Below, in pieces: positions 18,438-27,727 of a stretch of DNA of 64,000 bases. Position numbers and translations under genes: made by a program. Source of the DNA: an uncultured Alphaproteobacteria bacterium (GTDB lineage Bacteria; Pseudomonadota; Alphaproteobacteria; Reyranellales; Reyranellaceae); contig CAWFYW010000017.1 of NCBI GenBank assembly GCA_963820155.1, positions 651,020 to 715,019 on the forward strand. The letters run 5' to 3'. Position 1 is the stretch's first letter. The number at the start of each line of letters is the position of its first letter. A model generated the notes under the pieces. It searched no databases. It was given only the letters and a program-made list of their open reading frames with translations, and was not told the origin of the DNA.

Positions 18438-19651
18438 ACGTCCGCGAGTCGCGCCGCCAGCTTTTCGGCCTCGTCCTCGCGCAGCACTTCGAGCGTCGGA
18501 TACCAGGGCGACGGTCCGCGGCGGGGACCCCACAGCCAGTCGGCGGAGCGGCCCATCAGCAGGATGGTCGGAATGCCGAGGCGGGCGGCCTTGTGGGTCG
18601 CGGGGATGTCGTCGCCGATGACCAGGCCGCAGCTTGCGATCTGCGCCGGATCGCGTTCGACGGCGACGCCGATGGGGGGCTCGCTGCGGGCGAACCAGCC
18701 GATGCGACCCGACGGCTCGGCACCCGAGCGCGCAGGGTCGGCCGGCGGCAGAGACTCCAGCGTCCAGCCCAGCAGAAACGGCAGGCTGCGCAATGGCGCC
18801 GCGGCGGCGAAGCCTTCGATCGGCTCCTCGCGACGGATCGTCGGCATGCCGAGCCAATCGGCAAGTTCTGCTGCGCATTGCACGACGGCGTCGACGCCGC
18901 GCGCCAGCATCAGCGTATCGCGGATCGCGGCGTCGCCTTCGATATCGGCCTGCTCGGGATAGATCAGCAGCCGGCCGTCGAGCGGCTCGCCCTGCCAGCG
19001 CGGCAGATCCGGCACGTAACGCTCGCCCGGCAGGTCGAGCCGTGCCTCGTGGTCGGCGAGGCCGCGCAGCCAGTCGCCTTGCCGCAGCAGCAGATCGGCA
19101 CGGCGCAGCCGCAGATGCGGATCATCGGGCCGGTTGGTCAGCGCCATGTCGAGATCGGCCAGGGCGCCCATCCAGTCGCCGCGCGCGGCCAGCAGGTCGG
19201 CGCGCGCCGACAGCGACGGCATCAGCCGGTGGTCGATCGACAGCGCCTCGTCGTAGGCGCGCTCGGCCTCCTCGGCTTGGCCCAGCGCTTCGAGCGCCCG
19301 GCCGCGGTTGTGCGCGATGGCGGCGTCGCCGGGCTTGAGGAGGGCGGCCCGGTCGAGCGCCGCCAGCGCCTTGTCATGCTCGCCCAGGACGGTGAGGCAG
19401 CCGGCGAGGTTGACCTGGGCGGTCGGATCCCTGGGCAGGAACTTGGCGGCGCGCTCCAGGGGCTCGCGCGCCTCGGCGAAGCGGCCGAGCTTCAGTCGCG
19501 CCTGGCCGAGAAGGTGCAGGGCCTGGCCCGAATTGGGCCGCGCGTCGGCAACCTGCGCCAGGAGCGGCTCGGCGCCGGCGAAGTCGCCGGCGGCGGCACG
19601 CTGGACGGCATCGCGCGCCAGCGTCTGGATCTGGAGGTCGGAAAGCGCCAC
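18434..19651 (-). CDS. TPR-repeat protein with degenerate glycosyltransferase-like C-terminus
   Basis: Several TPR helices (ALHLLGQARLKLG, AHNRGRALEALG), then PRWQGEPLDGRLL and DWLWG...SPWYPT. Confidence 0.75.
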   Translation of the reverse strand: MALSDLQIQTLARDAVQRAAAGDFAGAEPLLAQVADARPNSGQALHLLGQARLKLGRFAEAREPLERAAKFLPRDPTAQVNLAGCLTVLGEHDKALAALDRAALLKPGDAAIAHNRGRALEALGQAEEAERAYDEALSIDHRLMPSLSARADLLAARGDWMGALADLDMALTNRPDDPHLRLRRADLLLRQGDWLRGLADHEARLDLPGERYVPDLPRWQGEPLDGRLLIYPEQADIEGDAAIRDTLMLARGVDAVVQCAAELADWLGMPTIRREEPIEGFAAAAPLRSLPFLLGWTLESLPPADPARSGAEPSGRIGWFARSEPPIGVAVERDPAQIASCGLVIGDDIPATHKAARLGIPTILLMGRSADWLWGPRRGPSPWYPTLEVLREDEAEKLAARLADV

Positions 19652-19684
19652 GCGCGGCCTCTAGCAAGCGAGGCGGGCGTCGGC

Positions 19685-19790
19685 AAAGAAAAAGCCGGCG
19701 GTCGACAGGGAGGCTGAGGATCGACCGCCGGCCAGGGTCCGGAGAGGGATGAGCCCGCGCAGGGTAGGAAACGGGCTCGCTCCGGATTTG
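19685..19790 (-). ncRNA. Putative cuckoo/CcsR-like sRNA in the DUF1127 3' region (two hairpins with C/U-rich loops, U-tail)
   Basis: Minus strand: stem uccggag-c-gagcccg/cgggcuc-aucccu-cuccgga with loop uuuccuacccugcg, then a 12-bp stem gccggcggucga/ucgaccgccggc with loop uccucagccucccug, then UUUUUCUUU. Confidence 0.55.
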
Positions 19791-19795
19791 AAGGA

Positions 19796-19999
19796 TCAGC
19801 CGCGCCAGAAGGGCTTGCTGGCTTCGAACTGGATCTCGCTGGTGCTGAGGCCGAGGTCGCGGATCGTGCGGCGGTCGAGCGTGGCCAGCTCGCGGCGTTC
19901 GCGCGCCCGGCGGCGCCAGGTGGCGAGGATCTGGTTGAAGGCGGTGAAGGTGCCGGCCAGCGGCGCCTTGGAACTGTAGTGGAGCGAGATGTCGGCCAT
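19796..19999 (-). CDS. DUF1127 (YjiS/CcaF1-like) small protein
   Basis: WRRRARERRELATLDRRTIRDLGLS...EASKPFWRG is the DUF1127 signature. Confidence 0.9.
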   Translation of the reverse strand: MADISLHYSSKAPLAGTFTAFNQILATWRRRARERRELATLDRRTIRDLGLSTSEIQFEASKPFWRG

Positions 20000-20116
20000 G
20001 GGACTCTCCCCGATGGAGTGCTGTCTGTCTGGCGGGTGATTTGGCCGTGCCGGGGGTGCTTTACAAATGACCCTTTGTCCTGTTTTGATAACTTTCCCTC
20101 ATGTGATGGATGGGCC

Positions 20117-21028
20117 ATGAAGCGAACCCTGCCGCCGCTCAACGGATTGCGTGCCTTCGAAGCCGCCGCACGCCACATGAGCTTTACCGATGCCGCCGAG
20201 GAATTGAGCGTCACCCAGGCCGCCATCAGCCACCAGGTGCGCGGGCTGGAACTGCGCCTCGGATTAAAATTGTTCGTGCGCCGCAATCGCTCGCTGCTGC
20301 TGTCCGAGGCCGGCCAGGCCTATCTCCCTTCGGTGCGCGCGGCCTTCGACCAGTTGAACGAGGCCACGGAGAAGCTGCTGCAGAAGGATCGCGGCGGTCA
20401 CCTCACGGTCACCACCACGTCCTCTTTTGCCGTGAAATGGCTGGTGCCGCGGCTGGGCGGCTTCCAGCGCGCCCATCCGGAGATCGACGTGCGGGTCAGC
20501 ACCGGCACGGGCCTGATCGATTTTTCGCGCGAGGACGTCGATATCGGCATCCGCTACGGCCGCGGCCAGTGGCCGTCGCTCACCGCCGAGCGGCTGGTGA
20601 CGGAGGACATCATGCCGGTCTGCGCGCCGTCGCTGGCCAAGGGACCGAACGCGCTCAAGAAGCCGGCCGACCTCAAGCGCTTCACGCTGCTGCATATCGG
20701 CAGCTTTCCCGACGACTGGCAGATCTGGCTGACCGCCGCCGGCGTGAAGGGCGTCGATTCTTCCCGCGGCGTCTCCTTCGATTTTCCGCTCGCTGCCTAT
20801 CAGGCGGCGATGGACGGGTTGGGCGTGGCGCTCGGCCGTCAGCCGCTGGTGGCGCCCGACCTCAAGGCCGGCCGCCTGGTCGTGCCCTTCGAGTTCAAGA
20901 TGTCGACCGAGCTCGCCTACTACCTGGTCTATCCGCCGGAGGCGATCCGGCGGCGCAAGATCAAGGCCTTCCGCGACTGGGTCGTGTCGCTGGCCGAAGT
21001 CGAGCCGCAGCCTGCGCTGTCATCCTGA
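20117..21028 (+). CDS. GcvA-like LysR family transcriptional regulator
   Basis: LPPLNGLRAFEAAARHMSFTDAAEELSVTQAAISHQV, FAVKWLVPRL, DVDIGIRYGRGQW. Confidence 0.9.
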   Translation: MKRTLPPLNGLRAFEAAARHMSFTDAAEELSVTQAAISHQVRGLELRLGLKLFVRRNRSLLLSEAGQAYLPSVRAAFDQLNEATEKLLQKDRGGHLTVTTTSSFAVKWLVPRLGGFQRAHPEIDVRVSTGTGLIDFSREDVDIGIRYGRGQWPSLTAERLVTEDIMPVCAPSLAKGPNALKKPADLKRFTLLHIGSFPDDWQIWLTAAGVKGVDSSRGVSFDFPLAAYQAAMDGLGVALGRQPLVAPDLKAGRLVVPFEFKMSTELAYYLVYPPEAIRRRKIKAFRDWVVSLAEVEPQPALSS

Positions 21029-21032
21029 GAGA

Positions 21033-21050
21033 TATCTGCATTTACAAATA
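21033..21050. promoter_or_regulatory. Imperfect palindrome, candidate MarR operator for the LLM-marR operon
   Basis: tatctgcatttacaaata matches its own reverse complement at 12/18 positions and sits in the only AT-rich stretch upstream of the LLM gene. Confidence 0.35.
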
Positions 21051-21090
21051 ACCGGGCTCGCCGCATCCTCCGCCAAAACAGGAGGACGCC

Positions 21091-22149
21091 ATGGAGTTCG
21101 GGTATTTCACCCTGAGCGACAATCGCTACCCGGGCAATCCGCGCACTGCCGAGGCCTTCATCAAGGATATCTATGAAGAGGCGCTGTGGGCCGAGAAGGT
21201 GGGGCTTCATTCGGCCTGGATCGGCGAGCATCACTTCAATCTCCTGGGCGTCAATGCCTCGCCGCTCGCCCTCCTGGCGCAACTCGCCGGCGCCACGACC
21301 AGGCTGCGGCTCGCGCCCGCGGTGACGCTGCTGCCGGTGCATCATCCGCTGCATGTCGCCGAGGAATGGGCGACGCTCGACCTGTTGTCGGGCGGGCGCG
21401 TCGATTTCGCCGCCGGCCGCGGCTACGACCGCAAGGAGTACGAGCCCTTCGGCGCGCCGTTCGACCAGTCGGCCGAACTGTTCGCCGAGGCGCTGGAGAT
21501 CGTGTGGCGCGCCTGGACCGAGCCCGGCAAGTGGTCGCACAAGGGCCGGTTCTACGCGTTCGAGGACGTCGAGGTGCGGCCCAGGCCGGCGCAGCAGCCG
21601 CTTCGGCCCTATGTCGCCTGCTTCTCGCGGCCTTCCATGGAGCTCGCCGCCCGCCACGACTGGAACGTGATCTACGCGCCCTTTGCCGCCGCCATGGTCT
21701 ATGGCTCGCTGGCCGATGCCGTGCGTGTCTATCGCGAGACCTGCGAAAGCCAGTTCAAGCGGCCCATGCGCCGCGCCATGTGCTCCTACTTCGTGCATAT
21801 CGCCTCGACGCCCGAGGAGGAGCGCTACGGCAAGGAGGCCCTGGTGCGCTATTTCCAGGACGCGCTGATCGCAGCCTTCCCCTCGTCGTCGGGCGAGAAG
21901 GTGCCGCCGACATACAAGTACTTCGTCGACATCGTGAACATCCTGCGCGACATGCGGCCGGAGAAGCTCACCGACAAGTCGATCCTGTGCGGCAGCCCGC
22001 AGCACATCGTCGACACCCTGAAGACGGTCGAGGCATCGGGCGTCGCCGAGGTCATCCTCTATTTCAACTACGGCCAGAAGCCCCACGCCCTGGTGAAGGA
22101 GCAGATGGAACGCTTCATGCGCGACGTGGCGCCCCATTTCTCCCGCTGA
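21091..22149 (+). CDS. LLM class flavin-dependent oxidoreductase (luciferase-like)
   Basis: WIGEHHF, HHPLHVAEEWATLDLLSGGRVDFAAGRGY. AGGAGG RBS. Confidence 0.9.
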   Translation: MEFGYFTLSDNRYPGNPRTAEAFIKDIYEEALWAEKVGLHSAWIGEHHFNLLGVNASPLALLAQLAGATTRLRLAPAVTLLPVHHPLHVAEEWATLDLLSGGRVDFAAGRGYDRKEYEPFGAPFDQSAELFAEALEIVWRAWTEPGKWSHKGRFYAFEDVEVRPRPAQQPLRPYVACFSRPSMELAARHDWNVIYAPFAAAMVYGSLADAVRVYRETCESQFKRPMRRAMCSYFVHIASTPEEERYGKEALVRYFQDALIAAFPSSSGEKVPPTYKYFVDIVNILRDMRPEKLTDKSILCGSPQHIVDTLKTVEASGVAEVILYFNYGQKPHALVKEQMERFMRDVAPHFSR

Positions 22150-22153
22150 CACC

Positions 22154-22609
22154 ATGGGCCCGCTCGAATCCTACCTGCCGTACCTCCTCAATCGGGCCGG
22201 CGCGCGTATCGCGACCGCGTTCAGCGAAGAAGTGCGACCGCTCGGCACCACGCTGCAGGAGTGGCGCGTGCTGGCTGCCCTGCGCGAGCGGGACGGACGG
22301 CGCATGGGCGATCTTTCCGACACGACATCGATCGAGGTCTCGACGCTCACGCGTCTGGTCGACAGCATGGAGAAGAAAGGCCTGGTCGTTCGCCGCCGCG
22401 ATGCCGAGGATGCGCGCGCGGTCCTGCTGCACGTCACGCCCGCCGGCCGGCGCCTCACGCGGCGCGTTCTGCCCATCGCCGACCGCTACGAGGCCGTCGC
22501 CTTGGCGGGCTTCAATGCCGCCGAGGCGAAGACGCTGAAGGCCGCCCTCCGCCGTCTCTATGCAAATATGAGCGCTCTTGAACGTCGAGCCCCGGGCGGC
22601 CGCGGTTAA
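22154..22609 (+). CDS. MarR family transcriptional regulator
   Basis: YLPYLLNRAG, STLTRLVDSMEKKGLVVRRRDAEDARAV. Confidence 0.9.
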   Translation: MGPLESYLPYLLNRAGARIATAFSEEVRPLGTTLQEWRVLAALRERDGRRMGDLSDTTSIEVSTLTRLVDSMEKKGLVVRRRDAEDARAVLLHVTPAGRRLTRRVLPIADRYEAVALAGFNAAEAKTLKAALRRLYANMSALERRAPGGRG

Positions 22610-22662
22610 ATCGGCGCGCGGGATCGCCGATGGTTTCCGCCAACAAGTCGCAAGGAGCTTGA

Positions 22663-23286
22663 ATGGCCCGCCTCACCTCGACCGCCGATCTCCGTCGCGT
22701 CATTGCCGAGCCGCGGGCCACCACCCGCGCCAAGATCCTGGACGCCCTCGACGAGCAGTCGATCGAGTTCCTGAAGCGCTGTCCCTTCGCCCTGGTCGGG
22801 ACCACGGCGGCGGACGGCACCGTCGAGGTCTCGCCCAAGGGGGACGAGCCCGGCTTCATCCGGGTCGAGGACGCCAAAACGCTGCTGATCCCGGAGCGGG
22901 TCGGCAACAACCTGGCGTTCGGCCTTTCCAACATCCTGGCGACGGGCAAGATCGGCCTGATCGCGCTGGTGCCGGCCACCGGCGAGACGCTGCGCGTCTC
23001 GGGCACCGCCGAGATCTACGATGATGCCGACTTGGTGGCCTCGCTGGGCTCGCTCGGCAAGCCCGCGCTGCTGGCCACGCGGGTTCACATCCAGCATTGC
23101 TACTTCCACTGCGCCCGCTCGATCGTGCGCGCCAGGCTGTGGGACCCCAAGGCCTGGCCGGCGCCGGGCCGCGTGTCGTTCGGCAAGATCATCGCCCCCC
23201 GGATGGGCGCCGGCGCCGACCTCGCCGCCCAGATCGACGCCGGCGTCGAGGGTGCCTATACGACACGCCTCTGGACGAACAGCTAG
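22663..23286 (+). CDS. Pyridoxamine 5'-phosphate oxidase-like FMN-binding protein (MSMEG_1061 family)
   Basis: VSPKGDEPGF, LLIPERVGNN, GETLRVSG, YFHCARSIVRARLW. Confidence 0.85.
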   Translation: MARLTSTADLRRVIAEPRATTRAKILDALDEQSIEFLKRCPFALVGTTAADGTVEVSPKGDEPGFIRVEDAKTLLIPERVGNNLAFGLSNILATGKIGLIALVPATGETLRVSGTAEIYDDADLVASLGSLGKPALLATRVHIQHCYFHCARSIVRARLWDPKAWPAPGRVSFGKIIAPRMGAGADLAAQIDAGVEGAYTTRLWTNS

Positions 23287-23306
23287 GGCCGCACGGGGGG
23301 CGATAC

Positions 23307-24086
23307 ATGACGGTATGGACGAGGCGCGGCTTTGGCGGCTTGCTGCTGGCGCTCGGCGCCTGCTCGACGCAGCGGCAGCCCGAGGCCCTGCGCACGCTGT
23401 CGCCCGGCACGCTGCGCATCGGCACCTATTTCGTCAATCCACCCTTCGAGTATGTGTCGAACGGCCAGCGCATCGGCTTCGAGGTCGATCTCATGAACGA
23501 GATCGCTGCGCGGCTGGCCCTGAAGCCGGTCTTCGTCGACACGCAGTGGGAAACGATCCTGCAGGAAATGCAGCAGGGCAGATACGATTGCATCGTCGGC
23601 GGCATCACCATCACGCACGAGCGCCGGCAGCTTCTCGCCTGGTCGACGCCCTACATGACGACCACGCTCAGCCTGGTGGTCGACAGCCGGCGCTCGCCGC
23701 GGATCCATGGCGTCGCCGACCTGAGGAACGCCACGGTCGGCGTGCAGGCCTCCACCACCGACTACACCGTCGCGGTCAGGATGCAGCAGAAGGGCCAGAT
23801 CGGCAGCGTCAAGGTCTATTCCTTCGCGCATATCGAGGACGCCATGACCGACCTCGCGGCCGGCCGCATCACCGCCGTAATGAAGGTCTATCCGGTGGCT
23901 GCCTGGCTGGCGCGGCGGACACCGGGGCTCAGCATCGTGGCCCAGGTGCCCGACGACCCGCAGCCGCTCGGCATCGGCTTCGCCAAGGACAATCCGGGGT
24001 TGCTGGCGGCCGTCGATCGGGCCATCGCCGCCATGGCGCGCGACGGCAGCTACGCCCGCCTGGCGCAAAAGTGGGGTGTGCCCTAG
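23307..24086 (+). CDS. Family 3 (polar amino acid) substrate-binding lipoprotein, orphan
   Basis: TRRGFGGLLLALGAC (Tat-like RR plus lipobox), NPPFEY, GFEVDL, YARLAQKW. Confidence 0.85.
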   Translation: MTVWTRRGFGGLLLALGACSTQRQPEALRTLSPGTLRIGTYFVNPPFEYVSNGQRIGFEVDLMNEIAARLALKPVFVDTQWETILQEMQQGRYDCIVGGITITHERRQLLAWSTPYMTTTLSLVVDSRRSPRIHGVADLRNATVGVQASTTDYTVAVRMQQKGQIGSVKVYSFAHIEDAMTDLAAGRITAVMKVYPVAAWLARRTPGLSIVAQVPDDPQPLGIGFAKDNPGLLAAVDRAIAAMARDGSYARLAQKWGVP

Positions 24087-24139
24087 CGGGGGAAGTGACA
24101 GGATGGCGTCGACGGGGAGTCGTTGAGGTTCGTCGTTCG

Positions 24140-26091
24140 ATGAAGCGCAAGGTCGGCCTGTTTCTTCTGGCGGTGATGGTGGCCGTGAGTTCTCGGCGCC
24201 ACGATCGTCGCCTCGCTGGCGATGTACCGGCTGGTCTCGCAGAAGCAGGACATCGAGATCCGCAAGCTCGAAGCGAGCCTGGCCGAACGCTTCGGCGTGT
24301 TCGAGAACATGCTGCGCTCGCAGCATGAGCGCATCACGACGCATATGGAAAAAGTGCTGCCCGAGATCGCCGCCGGGCTCGAGTTCGCTTCATCGCCAGC
24401 CGCAGGACCTCTCGGTCGCCGAGCTCGACGCGCTGACCAGGAAATACGGCGTCCAGCACATCTATTTCATCGACCGCTCGCACAAGGTATTCCAGACCAA
24501 CCTGGCCACCGACATGAACCTCGCCTTCCCCGAGAGCGATTTCACGCGTTTCCTCGATTCGGTCTACGGCGCCAACGAAGTGAGGAGCGACGGCATCGAT
24601 CTCTCGACGGTCACCGGCAGGCTCAGGACCTACAGCTATTTCAGCCCGAAGGGGACGGACTACATCATCGAGACCTCGACCGACGTCCGCGACAGCCTGG
24701 CCGAGGGCAGTTTCGGCTGGATGAGCAAGTTCTTCTTCGTCGACCTGTTCTCCGACGCCGAGCGCTCCAATCCCTATGTCAAGAACATCGATCTCTACCT
24801 GATCAATACCTCGGGCACCTGGTCGCTGCTTCATGTCGGCCGGAAGCTCGATCCGGCGCTCTCCGAACGCGTGCTCAGGAATGGCCACGTGGTGGAACGG
24901 GACGGCCGGTACGTCACCGTCTATAGCGGCCAGAAGGCGGCTGCCGCCACCGATCCCGGCCATCCCGTGTCGGCCAAGTTCGTCATCCGCAAGATCACCT
25001 ACGACACCGGCCTGGCGCAGCAGGCCGTGCTGCAGGTCTTCCTGAGCTCGATGCTCGTGCTGGCGCTGATGCTGCCGATCGTGTTCTGGATCGCCTCGCG
25101 GCTGCTGCAGAAGCATCTCCTGGAGCCGCTGTTCAACCTGCGCGGCGAGGCCGGGGCCATCGCCGAGGGCGATCTTGAGCAGGCCATCGCCAACACCGAC
25201 CGCCGCGACGAGATCGGCCAGCTCGCCACGAGCTTCGCCTCGATGCGCGACGCCGTGCGCAGGACCATCCTGGATCTCAAGCAGACGAACCTGTCGATCG
25301 AGCGCTTCGTGCCACACGCCTTCCTGGCGATCGTGGGCAAGCCGTCGATCGTCGAGGTCGAGCTGGGCGATAACAAGCGCCAGAACATGACGGTGCTGTT
25401 CTCCGACATCAGGAATTTCACGACACTCTCGGAGAGCATGACGCCGGACGAGAACTTCGCCTTCATCAACACCTTTCTCGAGCGCATCGGGCCGGTCATC
25501 CGCACCCACAGCGGCTTCATCGACAAGTATATCGGCGACGCCATCATGGCCCTGTTCAACAACGCCGACGACGCGTTGCGGGCCGGGCTCGCCATGTTCG
25601 AGGCGCTCGACGGCTTCAATGCAGAGCGGCGCCTGGCCGGCCTCGAGCCGATCGCCATCGGCATCGGCATCAACAGCGGGTCGCTGATGCTGGGCACGAT
25701 CGGCGAGAAACACCGGATGGACGGCACGGTGATCTCCGATGCGGTCAACCTTGCCTCGCGCATCGAGGATCTCACCAAAGTCTATCACGTCGGATTGCTG
25801 ATCTCGGAATATACCTACGAGCAGCTCGTCGACCCCAAGGCCTACGATATCCGGCCTATCGACGTCGTCGTGGTCAAGGGCAAGACCCGGCCGGTCACGG
25901 TTTTCGAGGTGTTCCAGAACGATCCGCCGGCCACGCGGGCGGCGAAAGGCCTGACCCGCAAGCTGCTGCAGTCCGGCGTCGAGGCGCTGGCCCATCGCGA
26001 CCGCGCGGCGGCGCGCGGCTTCTTCGAGCAATGCCTGGAGCTGGCGCCCGGCGACGCCGCGGCGGTCAACCTGCTGAGGAGCTGCGCCTGA
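24140..26091 (+). CDS. Membrane adenylate/guanylate cyclase (sensor-HAMP-class III cyclase), frameshifts near 24190 and 24395
   Basis: HAMP DRRDEIGQLATSF, LFSDIRNFT, IDKYIGDAIM, IGIGINSG, ISDAVNLASRIE, VKGK. Confidence 0.85.
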
Positions 26092-26129
26092 CGGATCCGG
26101 CCGGCGCCGCGCCCGGCAGGTGGGCCGTG

Positions 26130-26813
26130 TCAGCGATCAGTGCCTTGTGCCGACCGGCGGTAGATCGCGTCGACGTGGATGTCGGCGCAATCGACCAGGT
26201 CGAAACCCGGATCGTGGCCGACGAAGGCGAGGAACAGGTCGGTGCCGCCCAGCATGATCGCCTCGGCGCCCCGCTCACGGCACAACTGCCGCCCGACGGC
26301 GAAGAAGACCCGGCGCTGGGCGTCGGTGACGCGGCCGGCGATCGCCATCTCGACATAGGCGCCGTGCACCTGCTCCAGCACCTCGCCCTGCGGCACGACG
26401 ATCTCAGCCGCGGCGATGCCGCCATAGAGCCCGCTCTCCATCACGGTGCGCGTGCCGATGAGGCCGACCTTGCCGAGCTTGCGACGGGCGATCGCGGCCT
26501 CGACTTCGGGGATGGCGTTGAGGATGGGCAAGGGCGAGATCGCCTCGAGCTCCCTGACGCAGAAGTGCCCGCCCATCGAGGTGACGGCGGCCGCCTCGGC
26601 GCCGGCGGCCTTCAGGCGATGGACCAGCCGCGCGAAGATCCTGGCCTGGCTGGCGGGATCCCGGTTGGCCATGTTGCGCGTCATTTCCCGCGCATCGGCA
26701 TGGACGATCGTGAGGTCGAGCGGGATGCCGGAGGAAGCGTGCCGCTCGATCAGGCCGCGATGGTAGAAGTCGGTGGCGGCGGGACCGATGCCGCCGATGA
26801 GTTCGATATGCAT
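26130..26813 (-). CDS. Aspartate/glutamate racemase family protein
   Basis: IELIGGIGPAATDFY, GHFC, MLGGTDL, VDCADIHVDAI. Confidence 0.8.
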   Translation of the reverse strand: MHIELIGGIGPAATDFYHRGLIERHASSGIPLDLTIVHADAREMTRNMANRDPASQARIFARLVHRLKAAGAEAAAVTSMGGHFCVRELEAISPLPILNAIPEVEAAIARRKLGKVGLIGTRTVMESGLYGGIAAAEIVVPQGEVLEQVHGAYVEMAIAGRVTDAQRRVFFAVGRQLCRERGAEAIMLGGTDLFLAFVGHDPGFDLVDCADIHVDAIYRRSAQGTDR

Positions 26814-26823
26814 GGCGGGTCCG

Positions 26824-27717
26824 TCAGCGCGCCGCGCGGCGCTGGATGATCAGGTTTGCCGCCACGGTGAGGGCGAGCGTCACCGACATCAGGATGAAGG
26901 CGATGGCGCCGCCGAACGGCCAGTTGGTCTGCTGGGTGAACTGGTTGTAGACCAGCGGCGCCATCATCTTGAACAGCGGTCCGCCCAGCAGGAAGGGCGT
27001 GGCATAGGCGTTCATCGCCAGGATGAAGGTGAGGATGGTGCCGGCCAGGACGCCGGGCAGCGCCAGCGGCCACAGCACGCGGCGGAACATGACGAGGGGC
27101 GACGCGCCCAGGCTGAAAGCCGCCTCCTCGACGGCGCGATCGATGCCTTCGATCACGCTCTGCAGGGAGAGCACCATGAAGGGCAGGTTGACGGCGATGA
27201 TGCCGATGACCACCGCCTTCTCGGTGAACATGATCTCGATGGGCGCGTCGATCAGGCCCAGTCCCATCAGCGTCGCATTGACGAAGCCCTTGTTGCCGAA
27301 CACCACCATCCAGCCGGCCGCGCGCACCGAATTGCCGACGAACAGCGGCAGCACGATGGATATGATCAGGAGGTGCTTCAGCCGGCTCTGGGTGCGCGCC
27401 ACGACATAGGCGAGCGGAAAGCCCAGGACCAGGCAGGCGGCGGTCACCAGCACGGCGATCTCGACCGTCGTCGCCAGGATCGAGGTGTAGTAGGGGTCGG
27501 TGAAGAACTTCACGTAGTTCGCGAAGGTCAGCGCCTCGACCATCATCTTCTTGGCCGGGATGAATCCGTTCAGGCTGTAGCGGAACAGGATGGCCAGCGG
27601 CGCGAACAGGCTCACGGCGATGAAGATCGTCGCCGGTCCCAGCAGCGCCGCTGCCGTCCAACCTTCGCCCCGCCGTCGCTCGACGACGGGGCCGTGCGCG
27701 ATCGCCGCGTCGGTCAT
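26824..27717 (-). CDS. ABC transporter permease (PotB-like)
   Basis: EAA loop EEAAFSLGA, FRRVLWPLALPG, NWPFGGAIA. Confidence 0.85.
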   Translation of the reverse strand: MTDAAIAHGPVVERRRGEGWTAAALLGPATIFIAVSLFAPLAILFRYSLNGFIPAKKMMVEALTFANYVKFFTDPYYTSILATTVEIAVLVTAACLVLGFPLAYVVARTQSRLKHLLIISIVLPLFVGNSVRAAGWMVVFGNKGFVNATLMGLGLIDAPIEIMFTEKAVVIGIIAVNLPFMVLSLQSVIEGIDRAVEEAAFSLGASPLVMFRRVLWPLALPGVLAGTILTFILAMNAYATPFLLGGPLFKMMAPLVYNQFTQQTNWPFGGAIAFILMSVTLALTVAANLIIQRRAAR

Positions 27718-27727
27718 TCCCTGGCCA

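Noticed and set aside
20085-20105. LysR recognition box upstream of the gcvA-like gene
   Set aside because: A T-N11-A is present, but the dyad symmetry is too weak to call a specific site.
21018-21029. ctgtcatcctgag as a family A REP
   Set aside because: Only a 12-13 nt half-site overlapping the LysR stop, with no second arm.
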